Part shown: in pieces, positions 11,435-23,435 of the stretch
Numbering within the stretch: the stretch's first letter is position 1
Layout: each line of letters opens with the position of its first letter
Source: Octopus sinensis
Lineage: Eukaryota
Length of the DNA: 64,000 nucleotides
Direction: 5' to 3'
Assembly: GCF_006345805.1 (NCBI RefSeq)
Contig: NC_043000.1
Coordinates: forward strand, 20,522,001-20,586,000
Made by a program: the position numbers and the translations under genes
Notes under the pieces: generated by a model
The model's database searches: none
What the model was told of the DNA's origin: nothing
What the model saw: the letters and a program-made list of their open reading frames with translations, nothing else

Positions 11435-12822
11435 ATGTCACAAGAAAAGTTTGAAAAGATACACCTGAGTGTGGTTCTTGAAGAAGCAGCTAACCACCAA
11501 ATAAGCTTCTTGAACAATGTTAACCAATATCCTGAACTTTACGAACCTGCTTTTCTAAAACGAACTCTTTACAGATATGAAATACTTTGGTTGCCTCTAG
11601 CTTCCAAACATGATTTCATTCCAGCTCCATTGGATATTGAATGGGTATGGCACTGTCATATGCTGGCACCACTAGCATATGCAGAAGACTGTGACAGAAT
11701 AGTTGGTAAATTAGTTAATCATGCTCTCTACTCAGAACAAGTTCGGCAAAACAAACTACAAAAAAGTAGAGAACTGTGGACAAAAGCTTACCCTAATGAA
11801 CCATTTGATATTCCGCCCAATTCTGATGATCCATGCCCTGAATATAAATCCCAACTAAGTTATGATATTGTAGCTGCTGCTGCACGTCAAAGAGTTTTCC
11901 TTTACCAAGTTTCTCTACCTCACTATACAGACTACAGGTTCCTCAAACAAGCTATTATACGATACAAAAAATACTTGCATTTGAAACAGAAGAATCCAGC
12001 CACCTTTCTGGTACCATGCTACGATATTGACCTTATTTGGCACAGTCACCAGCTCCACCCGATCAGTTATCAAAAAGACACAAAGAAATTATTCAACAGG
12101 GTCTTCAATCATGACGACACTGTCAATGATCGCAGTCCAAATTCAAAATTAAGCCTCTCAGATATTGAAACTAGAAATCTTTGGATCAAAACCTACAATG
12201 AAACATTTTCTATGTACGGAGCAATGTATCGTGGGGAACCACCAGAGAGAAAACTTTATAAAATCACTAAGGAAAATTTATCTAGAATAAGTGCAAAGCA
12301 TGCAATGTTTGTTGTTGAAAAGGTGTCTATACAGAATATTCCAGAAGAAGTAAGGAAATTTAATTTGGCTTTGAAACTTTTCCAGGGTTCAGATTATTTA
12401 TGTACTAAACATCTCAATGGACCTAATATTGAATGGGAAGGAAAAGCCTTAATGAAACATGACATTAGCACCCACAAAAATTGCTATCTAACTATAACAC
12501 TCTACAAAAAAGTTGGTTTGACCTGCTGTGGAAACAACGTTTCTCTTGGTACAACCATGTTTGACTTTTGGAAGACAATTCATTTTGCCTCTGAAGGTCA
12601 GTCATTTTCAGAAACATTATTACTTGATGAAGCACCACAAATTTCTGTTCAAATAAAAGGATACTTTACGAATCCAGTCAGTACTGCCTGCAATTTTACT
12701 GTTGAAGTTAGACCTTACAAAAAGTTTACACTGCCAACGCAGATTGAACAGATGTGGGGACCAGTTCCATTACCTCACTTACCAAATGATGTCCAAAATG
12801 TGTCTTTTGTTGGTGAACATTT
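11435..12822 (+). CDS. Glycine-rich domain-containing protein (GRDP/DUF1399-like), coding exon 1
   Basis: Long complex ORF. Polypyrimidine tract plus CAG acceptor at 11431-11433, then ATG at 11435; donor GTAAGA at 12823 (phase 2). Two DUF1399-type motifs: PLDIEWVWHCHMLAPLAY and VPCYDIDLIWHSHQLHPISY, followed by HDDT. Confidence 0.9.
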
Positions 12823-13298
12823 GTAAGAATTTTATTTACATTTTTTTGTAATCTAATATCACAACTCTTATCTAACATCTCCTTTCTGCTTTCAACACAC
12901 CTCTGTGTATAAGACTTCACAACTGCTTAATACTTCACATCTACTTATCATTTCATATCTATGTAATATTACACCTCTATATAACATTTCACTTCGGTAT
13001 CACTTCACAGCTCTTTATATAACACCTTAACCAAGTATAGCATCCTACATCTGTATAATGTCTTGTCTCTGTACATCTTGTCACTCCTATATAACATCTT
13101 TCCTCCATATAACACCTCACTTGTACATATTGATATCTTAACTCTGTATATAATATTTCACCTGTATAAATATATATATATATATATATGTATACTGGAG
13201 TAAGCACATAAATGTGAAAAAAGGTGGAAAAAAGAGTACTCAAATACCAGAGGTAGAGTAATATGCTTTATTTAAAAGCAGCAGAAATATAACAAAAG

Positions 13299-13336
13299 CT
13301 GTTACTCAGAGTTTCACGTTCCCGTTCGTCAGACAG
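13299..13336 (-). ncRNA. Minimal type I hammerhead ribozyme with intact core
   Basis: Minus strand reads CUGU-CUGACGA-ACG(GGAA)CGU-GAAA-CUC(U)GAG-UA-ACAG. Full CUGANGA and GAAA core, stems I-III, GUA cleavage triplet. Confidence 0.8.
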
Positions 13337-13390
13337 TTATATATATATGTCACACTTCTATGTGCCATCTCACCCCCCTCTCTCGCTCTC

Positions 13391-13435
<45 letters not shown>

Positions 13436-13672
13436 TTATTTATGTGTGTACATGTGTAAGTTGTCTAAGAGTCTATAAGTTATTAAAAAATGTACTCCTA
13501 TATCTGTCAATAGAGTGGGTGTATTAATCAAAGTGTACAATATTATACAGCCATTACAACCAGTCTTACCAATTGGTTTTGTGTTAGGGATTCAACAAAG
13601 CGTTAGGTAACAGTCGTGTCTATCCACCTCCAACAGCATAGAGCAGTCACCATATTTCATTCTATAACGACT

Positions 13673-13734
13673 TCTTCTGATGAGTGCAAGGTTACATAAT
13701 TGTTGAATCCCTAGCACAAAACCAATTGGTAAGA
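13673..13734 (+). ncRNA. Hammerhead-like motif with long stem II (decayed)
   Basis: CUGAUGA-GUGC..GCAC-AAAA-CCAAUUGG-UA-AGA. Palindromic stem III; G12 lost at a CpG; weak stem I. Confidence 0.5.
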
Positions 13735-13752
13735 CTGGCTGTAATGGATATA

Positions 13753-14642
13753 CAGCATGTCCCAAAAGTCACTGATGAGTTTCAATTTTTAATAACTTCC
13801 TTAACTTTGCAAATAAATGCATGAAATTTTGGTACAATATAAAGGACATAATGGAAATTATTGTGCATAAGTCAAATTTTACAACACTACTACATCACAT
13901 ATGAAAAATGATATCGTATAAATGGCAGCCATTTTCGGCTTCACATGCCCATGCTCTTTCCAAAACTTGTACCATAACACCCTCAAGAGTTTCAGACCCT
14001 GCTTCTCTGATTTCTCAATTGATGTTCTCCTTCAGTTGCACCAGGGTTTCCAGTTTGTTGATGTAAGCCCTCTCTTTCAGGTATTCCCATAAGAAAAAAA
14101 TCTGGGCTAGTCAAGGCCGGGGAACATGAAGGCCACTCAAAGCATATCTTGCACAGATTCCAGCAAGATGGGTTAACTGCTCATACTACAAGGGAAACAA
14201 TGCAATTGCTACAGCTGTGCTTTGGAGAGAGAATAGTCTCCCGCTATGGCAATGTCAGCTGGCCTTCATGTTTCCCATACTTGACTAGCCCAGATTTTTT
14301 CTTTTGGGGGATACCAGAAAGAGAGGATTTATGTCAACAAACCAGAGACTCTGGTGCAACTGAAGGAGAACATCAAAAGAGAAATCAGCGAAGTGGGGTC
14401 TGAATTTCTCGAGGGGGTTATGGTACAAGTTTTGAAAAGAGCATGGGTGTGCGAAGCAGAAAATGGCCGCCATTTAAGCGATGTCATTTTTCATATGTGA
14501 TGTAGTGGCGTTGTAAAATTTGACTTATGCATATTAATTTCCATTATGTCCTTTATATTATTTCAAAAATTCATGCATTTATTTGTAAAGTTAAGGAAGT
14601 TATTAAAAATTGAAACCCATCAGTGACTTTTGGGACACCCAG
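13753..14642. mobile_element. Fold-back Tc1/mariner (DD41D, rosa-like) non-autonomous element
   Basis: TA on both flanks. Inverted arms of ~385 bp, starting CAGCATGTCCCAAAAG and ending CTTTTGGGACACCCAG. Transposase remnant FQQDG...WPS.FPYLTSPDFFFWG has 41 residues between the two Asp. Confidence 0.85.
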
Positions 14643-14880
14643 TATAATAGGTATATAAGTGTGTATATGTGTGTGTATATACACACATACACACACCATC
14701 TCACCTCTATATATAACATCTCACTTTTGCATATATCATCTCACCTTTATATATTATAACAGCTCACATCTATACAGAACACCTCATATTGTATGCTTCT
14801 CACTTTTATGTAACATCTTATTCCTACATAATCCCTCCCCTCTGTGTAAACACCTCACCCCAAAATTAGCATTTAATTTC

Positions 14881-15263
14881 TGGAAGCACTCCGTCGGTTA
14901 CGACGACGAGGGTTCCGGTTGATCCGAATCAACGGAACAGCCTGCCCGTGAAATTAACGTGTAAGTGGCTGAGCACTCCACAGACACGTGTACCCTTAAC
15001 GTAGTTCTCGGGGATATTCAGCGTGACACAGAGAGTGACAAGGCCGGCCCTTTGAAATACAGGTACAACAGAAACAGGAAGTAAGAGTGAGAGAAAGTTG
15101 TGGTGAAAGAGTACAGCAGGGATCACCGCCATCCCCTGCCGGAGCCTCGTGGAGCTTTAGGTGTTTTCGCTCAATAAACACTCACAACGCCCGGTCTTGG
15201 AATCGAAACCACGATCCTATGACCGCGAGTCCACTGCCCTAACCACTGGGCCATTGCGCCTCC
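14881..15263 (-). mobile_element. Young tRNA-derived SINE (head P plus tail X)
   Basis: GGAGGCGCAATGGCCCAGTGGTTAG..GGTTTCGATTCC; CpGs retained. Confidence 0.85.
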
Positions 15264-16305
15264 ATGATTTAACTTCTATATATAGCACCTCTTATACAAG
15301 GTTGTCTCTACATCATCGCTCAAGCTCTTAATGAACGCTTTCAAATATACCTGAAAATGCTCCCTAGTATCTTGAAATAAAAAGGAGATCATTTTTATAA
15401 TAGTCCTGATGTATTGTCTGAAAATAAGATAGTGATCAAGTCTTGGTTACGTCTGTCCCCTGGGTTAAACACCAATACTATTTATATCTCCTTTTATCAC
15501 TTCTATCTCTTCAACTCTTACCTTATATGCTTCTCTGTTGAGTCTACTCAAAATATAATTTGAACTCCACCAATCATTCGCTCATTATCCATCTTTTTAT
15601 TAAATGTTTTATATATATATATATATATAATATAGGATAAAATTTTCAAAAACATTTTATCTGTGGCCAGCATATTTAAAATATACCTTTTAAGGTGAAA
15701 ATTATAAACAACTTATAAATAAGGGCAAAAGAAAAAAATTCTTACGCCAAATATGCCAAGAAATAAACTTTAAATTATAATTTATAAGTTGTTTTTAATT
15801 TTCACCTTAAAAGGTATTTTTTAAATATGCCGGCCACTGATAAAATTTTTTTTGAAAATTAAATTTACATGTAATATAGGATAAAATTATTTTTGAAAAT
15901 TTTATCCTATATTAGATGTAAATTTAATAACATTTACTTCCGGACTGTCTCTAACTCTTGTAGGACTTTCAGTCTGATCACATATGTCTCAAGGTACACT
16001 GCAAAATTTCTATTTTGGATATATTTGGGGTACTTAAGTGTACTTATGGCTTTGCGTATGCTTGATCTATGTGTGCAGTTAAGTATTTCATTTATTTATT
16101 AATGTATTTACCACTGATGTTGAGAGAATTCTTTATTGAATTAACTTAAAAATCAGAACTCTTTGGGAATTTTTGTCAGCGTGCTTTGAGACCTGTACTT
16201 TTAGTGATGAATTATGTGTGGTTATATAACGATTTAAAGTCTATTTCTTGGCATATTTGGCATAAGAATTTTTTCTTTTGCCCTTATTTATAATTTGTTT
16301 TATAT

Positions 16306-16738
16306 AGGAGTGGCTGTGTGGTAAGTAGCTTGCTTACCAACCACATGGTTCTGGGTTCAGTCCCACTGCATGGTACCTTGGGCAAGTGTCTTCTACTATA
16401 GCCTCGGACCAACAAAAGCCTTGTAAGTGGATTTGGTAGATGGAAACTGAAAGAAGCCCATCGTATATATGTATATGTATGTATATATATGTATATATAT
16501 ATATATATAATGTGTGTGTGTATGTATGTTTGTGTGTCTGTGTTTATCCCTGTAACATCGCTTGACAACTGATGCTGGTGTGTTTACTTCCCCGTAACTT
16601 AGCAGTTCGGCAAAAGAGACCAATAGAATAAGTACTAGGCTTACAAAGAATAAGTACTGGGGGTTGATTTTCTTGACTAAAGGCAGTGCTCCAGTATGGT
16701 CACAGTCAAATGACTGAAACAGGTAAAAGAGTAAAGAG
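16306..16738 (+). mobile_element. SINE family A
   Basis: Colinear with 7812-8212. Confidence 0.85.
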
Positions 16739-17294
16739 AGAATATTGCTTTTTTTTTTTTCATGCTTGCATATGTGGGAAGAGTTTAGGGAAATGAGTAC
16801 ATTTATTTTAGATCAGTTTAAATGTTTGGGACATATTTGATCAGTAAAAAGGCCATTCTTACTTCAGTATACCATGGTGAAAATGTTTCCCTTTATGCAA
16901 AAGAGTAAAACACCAAAGCCATTTCAGAGTGGACCCTATGGAGTAATATATGTACTTCAAGCTCTTTATGCGCTCATCAGTATTAGACACCAGGCAGGAT
17001 AACTCCAAAATGACTAGAAGTTTTTGCTTCCTTATAAGAAATAAGTAAAAATTATCTACCAACAGCATGCTGTGACAATTGGAGCAAAATACATAGATGG
17101 CTCACAAAGCAGTATGGTGAAATAAACAAACATTCTATCAGCTCAAATATGTTTGGGATATATTTGATCTGTAAAAAGACCATTTTTATTTCACTGCTTT
17201 GCATGAAAACTATGTATTATATTATTTTGTGTCTAAATTAAATCTTTACATGTTTTATAGTCTTATGCATCCATTGTGATATTTTGCAAATTAT

Positions 17295-17460
17295 AGGCGC
17301 AGGAGTGGCTGTGTGGTAAGTAGCTTGCTAACCAACCACATGGTTCCAGGTTCAGTACCACTGCATGGCACCTTGGGCAAGTGTCCTCTGCTATAGCCCC
17401 GGGCCGACCAATGCCTTGTGAGTGGATTTGGTAGACAGAAACTGAAAGAAGCCTGTCGTA

Positions 17461-17522
<62 letters not shown>

Positions 17523-17729
17523 CGCGTTTGTGTGTCTGTGTTTGTCTCCCTAGCATTGCTTGACAACCGATGCTGGTGTGTTTACGTCCCCGTCACTTAG
17601 CGGTTCGGCAAAAGAGACCGATATAATAAGTACTGGACTTACAAAGAATAAGTCCCGGGTTCGATTTCCTCGACTAAAGGCGGTGCTCCAGCATGGCCAT
17701 AGTCAAATGACTGAAACAAGTAAAAGAGT
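17295..17729 (+). mobile_element. SINE family A
   Basis: Colinear with 7812-8212. Confidence 0.85.
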
Positions 17730-18032
17730 ATACAAACAGCAAAGGAATTCAGCATTGGCAAACCAGCAAGTGATTTATGATTTGGACTGTTACAGTCACA
17801 GAAACCGAATTCCACATTATATCTCCCTTTCCCTTTGGTGATTTGGTTGACCCAGATCCAATGGGAGTTGATTAAGATATTTCCACTTGTTCCATGTTGA
17901 CTCCAAGCTGGTTGTCAAATTGTCTGCTGGCTTCATTTTCATATGTCACATAATCTTCACTGTTCCTGTAGACATTCCCAAAGAATCTACCCATTACAAG
18001 TATAGCAGGAAAGACTGGTAAATATTCCAACC

Positions 18033-18399
18033 ATCTGAGCGTGAGCATTGCCAGAGCGGCTAACTGGCTTCCATACCGGTGGCACGTAAAAGGCACCATT
18101 CGAGCAGGATCATTACCAGCATCACCTTACTGGCACCTGTGCTGGTGGAATGTGTAAAAAGATTCGAGTGAGGTTGTTGCCAGTACTGCCTGACTGGCCC
18201 CCATGCTGGAGGAAAGGTAAAAGCACCCACTACACTCTCGGAGTGGTTGGCGTTAGAAAGGGCATCCAGCTGTAGAAACTCTGCCAGATCAAGACTGGAG
18301 CCTGGTGCAGCCATCTGGTTCGCCAGCCCTCACTCAAAATCGTCCAACCCATGCTAGCATGGCAAGCGGACGTTAAACGATAATGATGATGATGATGAT
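18033..18399 (+). mobile_element. RTE-type 3' end
   Basis: Same family as 2171-2540; GAT tail. Confidence 0.75.
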
Positions 18400-18706
18400 G
18401 TATATAGTTGTATCAAGGATACACATCTGGATGATTTACCTATCAGTAACCAATGACTCAATGAACTGAAAAGTAAGATCAGAACCTACAATTGACCAGG
18501 CACCTCAAGAAAAATAGAGCCATATACATTTCATAGACACCTACCCTTATATAATGCAGGGTAGTCGTATATCTTTTTATGCTTGTCCCAGGCATAAAGC
18601 CACCACTCTTTCTCTTAAATACTCTCCCTACCACTTATACAAAGGGGCTTTTTCCCTCTCCTTGTTCTTTTTCTGTCTTTCTTGTTTTTTTCTTCTTCAG
18701 TATATA

Positions 18707-18904
18707 GGCGCAGGAGTGACTTTGTAGTAAGTAGCTTGCTTACCAACTACATGGTTCCAGGTTCAGTCCCACTGCATGGCACCTTGGGCAAGTATCTTCT
18801 ACTATAGCTTCGGGCCGGCCAAAACCTTGTGAGTGGATTTGGTAGACAGAAACTGAAAGAAGCCCTCATATATATGTGTGTGTATGTGTGTGTGTGTATA
18901 TATA

Positions 18905-18955
<51 letters not shown>

Positions 18956-19158
18956 CTGTGTTTGTCCCACCAATATCACTTAACAACCGATGCTGGTGTG
19001 CTTACGTACCCGTAACTTAGTGGTTTGGCAAAAGAGACCGATAGAATAAGTACTAGGCTTACAAAGGATAAGTCCTGGGGTCGATTTTCTTGACTAAAGG
19101 CGGTGCTCCAGCATGGCCACAGTCATATGACTGAAGCAAGAGAAAGAGTAAAAGAGTA
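18707..19158 (+). mobile_element. SINE family A
   Basis: Colinear with 7812-8212. Confidence 0.85.
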
Positions 19159-20101
19159 ACTAGATCAATATTAGATTTCTCTTGCTCGTATAACTGTTGA
19201 GGCCATCTTCTTAACACATCATTGCAGCAAACATACAGATTCATAGCTTGCTTGAGCCAGATGCCTCAACAAGTCAACGTCACAGCAGCCACAAATGGAA
19301 CACTTTTCAATGAAACCAGAGTTTCATGACTTCCTACTAGTTATATCTTTAGTTGAAACAGTGTCAGTTAAGATCATCTTAACTGTATCGTATACAAACA
19401 TGATGATGAGTGGCATCAGTCAGTTTAACAGAACCAACTTTTGGCTCCTAGATATTGTTAGAGTTAAAGCCTGCAAGCAAAACTAATCCAGATTTAGAAC
19501 ACCATCCAAATAAAGATTACCACATTGATAAGCTATGCTGAAAGTTAAACAGTCTTTTATGTGGTGAAAACCACAAAAGAGGAGGCCTTATCACATGGAG
19601 TATTTCCTTTAAAACATCACTTCATCATTTTTCCAGCAGATTTATACAACAAATGGCAAGTGTTGTTGTTGTTAAGCAACAATACGGGTAAGGGTGATTA
19701 GGTGATGGTCTAGGGCTTAGGGACAGGAGACCCCTAACTTTGGAAAAAAAAGAAACTTTGGTCGTCTTGTTGTAGTCGAGGACTCTTCATTGACGCCCAA
19801 CACCACTGGGAAGTGGCCCTTGAAGTCGCTGGAAATGGAGATCTCCATTGAACAGCAATGGCAAGTGTTGTGGCTCGAGAGAAAGCTAAGACACACATGT
19901 TTAATTGTAGTCAAGTCTTGTAGTTGTTTAGAATAGCTAGGTATTGTGTAATCTATGAGGGGTTTCTATCTTTCAGGACCGAGTTGAAAAATAAATTTCT
20001 ATTTAGTATCTGTTATGAGAGAATCCTGAACACCCCCACATGACTGAAGGTGGACTGATCAATTACAATAGATAAGAACTGAGTGAACTGTCAGTGGGAT
20101 A

Positions 20102-20706
20102 TATTTCTTTATTGCCCACAAGGGGCTGAACATAGAGAAGACAAACAAGGACAGACAAAGGGATTAAGTCGATTATGTCGACCCCAGTGTGTAACTGGTA
20201 CTTAATTTATCAACCCCGAAAGGATGAAAGGCAAAGTTGACCTCAGCGAAATTTGAACTCAGAACATAGCGGCAGACGAAATACCTATTTCTTTACTACC
20301 CACAAGGAGCTAAACACAGAGAGGACAAACAAGGACAGACAAATGGATTAAGTCGATTATATCAACCCCAGTGCATAACTGGTACTTATTTAATCAACCC
20401 CGAAAGGACGAAAGGCAAAGTCGACCTCGGCGAAATTTGAACTCAGAACATAGCGGCAGACGAAATACCTATTTCTTTACTACCCACAAGGAGCTAATCA
20501 CAGAGAGGACAAACAAGGATGGACAGACAAATGGAGTAAGTCGATTATATCAACCCCAGTGCATAACTGGTACTTATTTAATCAACCCCGAAAGGACGAA
20601 AGGCAAAGTCGACCTCGGCGAAACTTGAACTCAGAACATAGCGGCAGATGAAATACCGCTAAGCATTTCGCCCGGCGTGCTAACGTTTCTGCCAGCTCGC
20701 TGCCTT
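20102..20706 (-). mobile_element. SINE family B tandem trimer with 16-bp target duplication
   Basis: Three ~180-bp units. AACTGTCAGTGGGATA at 20086-20101 and 20707-20722. Central GCCTTTCATCCTTTCGGGGTCGATAAA resembles conserved Meta/MESC-type SINE domains. Confidence 0.85.
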
Positions 20707-20921
20707 AACTGTCAGTGGGATAGTTGATGGTATTAGTTCGATGTGTGTTGGTTTAATGGTCAGTAGTTGAACAGGAAATACTGAGTATCATACCTACGTT
20801 CATGTAGTGTGGAGTGCGTTCTGTGTTTTAACATATATTTCTGCGATGGGTTATTTTTAGATAACCACTATCAACTATTTATTTGTGTAATATCATTTTA
20901 CACCAGATGTGTATACCCACG

Positions 20922-21396
20922 TCATAACAGTATCCATGGTAATAAATGGATGTTTTGGCAGAGAACACATTTATCATTGTTCCAAGTAATGTTGAGTCTC
21001 TTAGTAACTGAAATAAATTGAGCTAAGTTCCCATCATGCTCTTCAATAGGTTTGTTAACGATAATATCATTGTTGAGATAAACATGAAATCCTTTGATAT
21101 CATTGTCAATAATTATATCATCCATCAAACTTTGAAAAGCACTTATGGCATTAGTTACACCAAACAGTAACCTTATAGATTTGATTAAACAGCTTGTCAG
21201 CTTAAAATTTTGTGTATCGCTTATGTTCTTTGTGGAGTTGAATCTGATGGTATACTGTTTTAAAATCTAGTTTGTTGTAGGAAATAGACACTATGAGGTA
21301 TTCGATATTAGGATGCGGACAGTCCTTCAGAAAGCAGTAGTGACTTAAAGATTGTGGATATTTCGTAACAAGGTGATAATTGTCTCGGCTTCCCAC
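20922..21396 (-). pseudogene. Ty3/Gypsy reverse transcriptase relic
   Basis: Disrupted RT motifs: LDFKTVYHQIQL..EHKRYTKF, FGVTNAISAFQ, decayed YLDD (YLNND), EEHDGNL, KC. Confidence 0.75.
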
Positions 21397-22065
21397 TACT
21401 ACTGCTTGTACTCATCATCATCATCATCATCATCGTTTAACATCCGTTCTCCATGCTAGCATGGGTTGGAGGGTTCGACCGGTGATCTGGGAAGCCAGAA
21501 GGCTGCACCAGGCTCCAGTCTTATCTGGCAATGTTTCTACAGCTGAATGCCCTTCCTAACGCCAACCACTCCGTGAGTGTAGTAGGTGCTTTTTACGTGC
21601 TCAATAATACCTATTTCTTTATTACCCACAAGGGGCTAAACACAGAGGGGACAAATGTATTAAGTCGATTATATCAACCCCAGTGTGTAACTGGTACTTA
21701 TTTAATCGACCCTGAAAGGATGAAAGGCAAAGTCGGCCTCGGCGGAATTTGAACTCAGAACGTTGCGGCAGACGAAATACCGCTAGGCATTTCGCCCGGC
21801 GAGCTAATGTTTCTGCCAGCTCGCCGCCTTACAGCTCAAAAATACCATCATCAAGAAGCTATTGAGTCTCTTTCTCATGTATTCAGGGATGTGTGGTTAA
21901 GAAGCTTGCTTTTCAATGATGTGGTCTTAGGTTCAGTCCCACTGTACAGCACCTTGGGTAAATACCATTCTTCAACTATAGACCCAGGCTGATCAAAGCT
22001 TTGTGTGTGGATTTTGTAAACTGAAATTCAAAGAATATATATATATATCTCATGTATGTATAGAA

Positions 22066-22575
22066 CAGGGTTAGGGAAACTTTTTAGTGCGGCAGGCAAA
22101 AATTTCCAAAGAAAAAGGTCTGCAGACAGATCACAAGTTCTAACTCTTATATCTGTGTAAATCTTGTATATGTCTATGTATGATTCAAGACACATTAATA
22201 AAGATAAATTTAAGACATTAAATTAATGTGTAACATCATCATTAATGCCACCACTGAATTTAGGACATTTATACTACCTATGAGGTATCCTATATTTTTT
22301 CAGCTAGAGTGTAGCTGGGTATCAAGGGGGTGGTACAAGCATAGCAATATGTGTTTTATAGTGAAAACAAAATTTCTATTCAAATGGTAATTACCAGGCG
22401 ATTTACTGTTCGAGTCTAACCGTTTTAAGTCATAGGAGAAATGAGACCTATATCACAAATAGGCAGATGAATATTGTATAACTTATATAATTGAAAAATT
22501 TACTATATTTTGTACATACAAGTATACCAGCCCGTGGGTGCAAGTGTGCCTGCAGGCAGGGGTTTCCCACCCCTA
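22066..22575. mobile_element. hAT-like MITE
   Basis: Termini CAGGGTTAGGGAAAC / GTTTCCCACCCCTA; 8-bp flanks GTATAGAA / GTATAGAG. Confidence 0.7.
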
Positions 22576-22862
22576 GTATAGAGGTAGATAGATACTATCA
22601 TCATCATCATTGTCATCAATTCGCATTTGTATTCCATAGTGGCATGGGTTGGGCATTTGTGTGTGTGTGTGTTCCCTTACTTTAACATCGCATGATGGTT
22701 GTAGTTGATATTATTCATTTCAAATCCACCAGGAGAAACATATTGGCCATTGGTAAATTTTATGTTGCTAGGAAACAGGTGAGGGTTGGCAACAGGAAAG
22801 GCATCTAGTCTGTAAGAAGTCTGACAAATTCCATCTGAAAAGCAAGCATTAAAGCAATGGTG

Positions 22863-22905
<43 letters not shown>

Positions 22906-22910
<5 letters not shown>

Positions 22911-23135
22911 TTAGTGGTTAGGGTGTTGAACTCATGATCATATGGTTGTGGTTTCGATTCCTGGACCGGGTGATGCATTGTGCTCTTGAGCAAAACACTT
23001 CATTTCACATTGCTCCAGTCCTCTCAGCTGGCAAAAATTAGTAACACTGCGATGGACTGGTGTCCCATCCAGCTGGGGAACACATACGCCATTGAAACTG
23101 GGAAACCAGGCCCATGAGCCTGGCTAGCTTTTAAA
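22906..23135 (+). mobile_element. tRNA-derived SINE (head Q plus tail Y)
   Basis: A and B boxes, TTGAGCAAAACACTT segment, V-domain-like CTGCGATGGACTGG. Confidence 0.75.
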
Positions 23136-23404
23136 AGGGTGCATTTATTTATATATATATATATTCAATGAGAATACAATATACCAAATTTCTAATAAGT
23201 GCTCTTGGTAGGGAAATGTCTAAAGCATTAAAAGTATTTAGACATTTAATAAGAACGATTATATATTATAAAATAAGCGCAGGAAAATTACATCGAAAAA
23301 TCATCACAGAAGATGTAAGTCCAAAGTAATATTGTATTAATAGATAGATGTATAAATATATAAAGTATGATTATTCAAAAAGTTTAAAAGCTTATTTATA
23401 TTTG

Positions 23405-23435
<31 letters not shown>

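Noticed and set aside
15185-15263. Functional tRNA gene
   Set aside because: The acceptor stem is not complete and the sequence continues into a repeated body and tail, so it is a SINE head. The same applies to the other A/B-box heads.
16810-17195. Degenerate ~60-bp direct repeat as an LTR pair
   Set aside because: Low identity, and no TG..CA ends, primer-binding site or target duplication.
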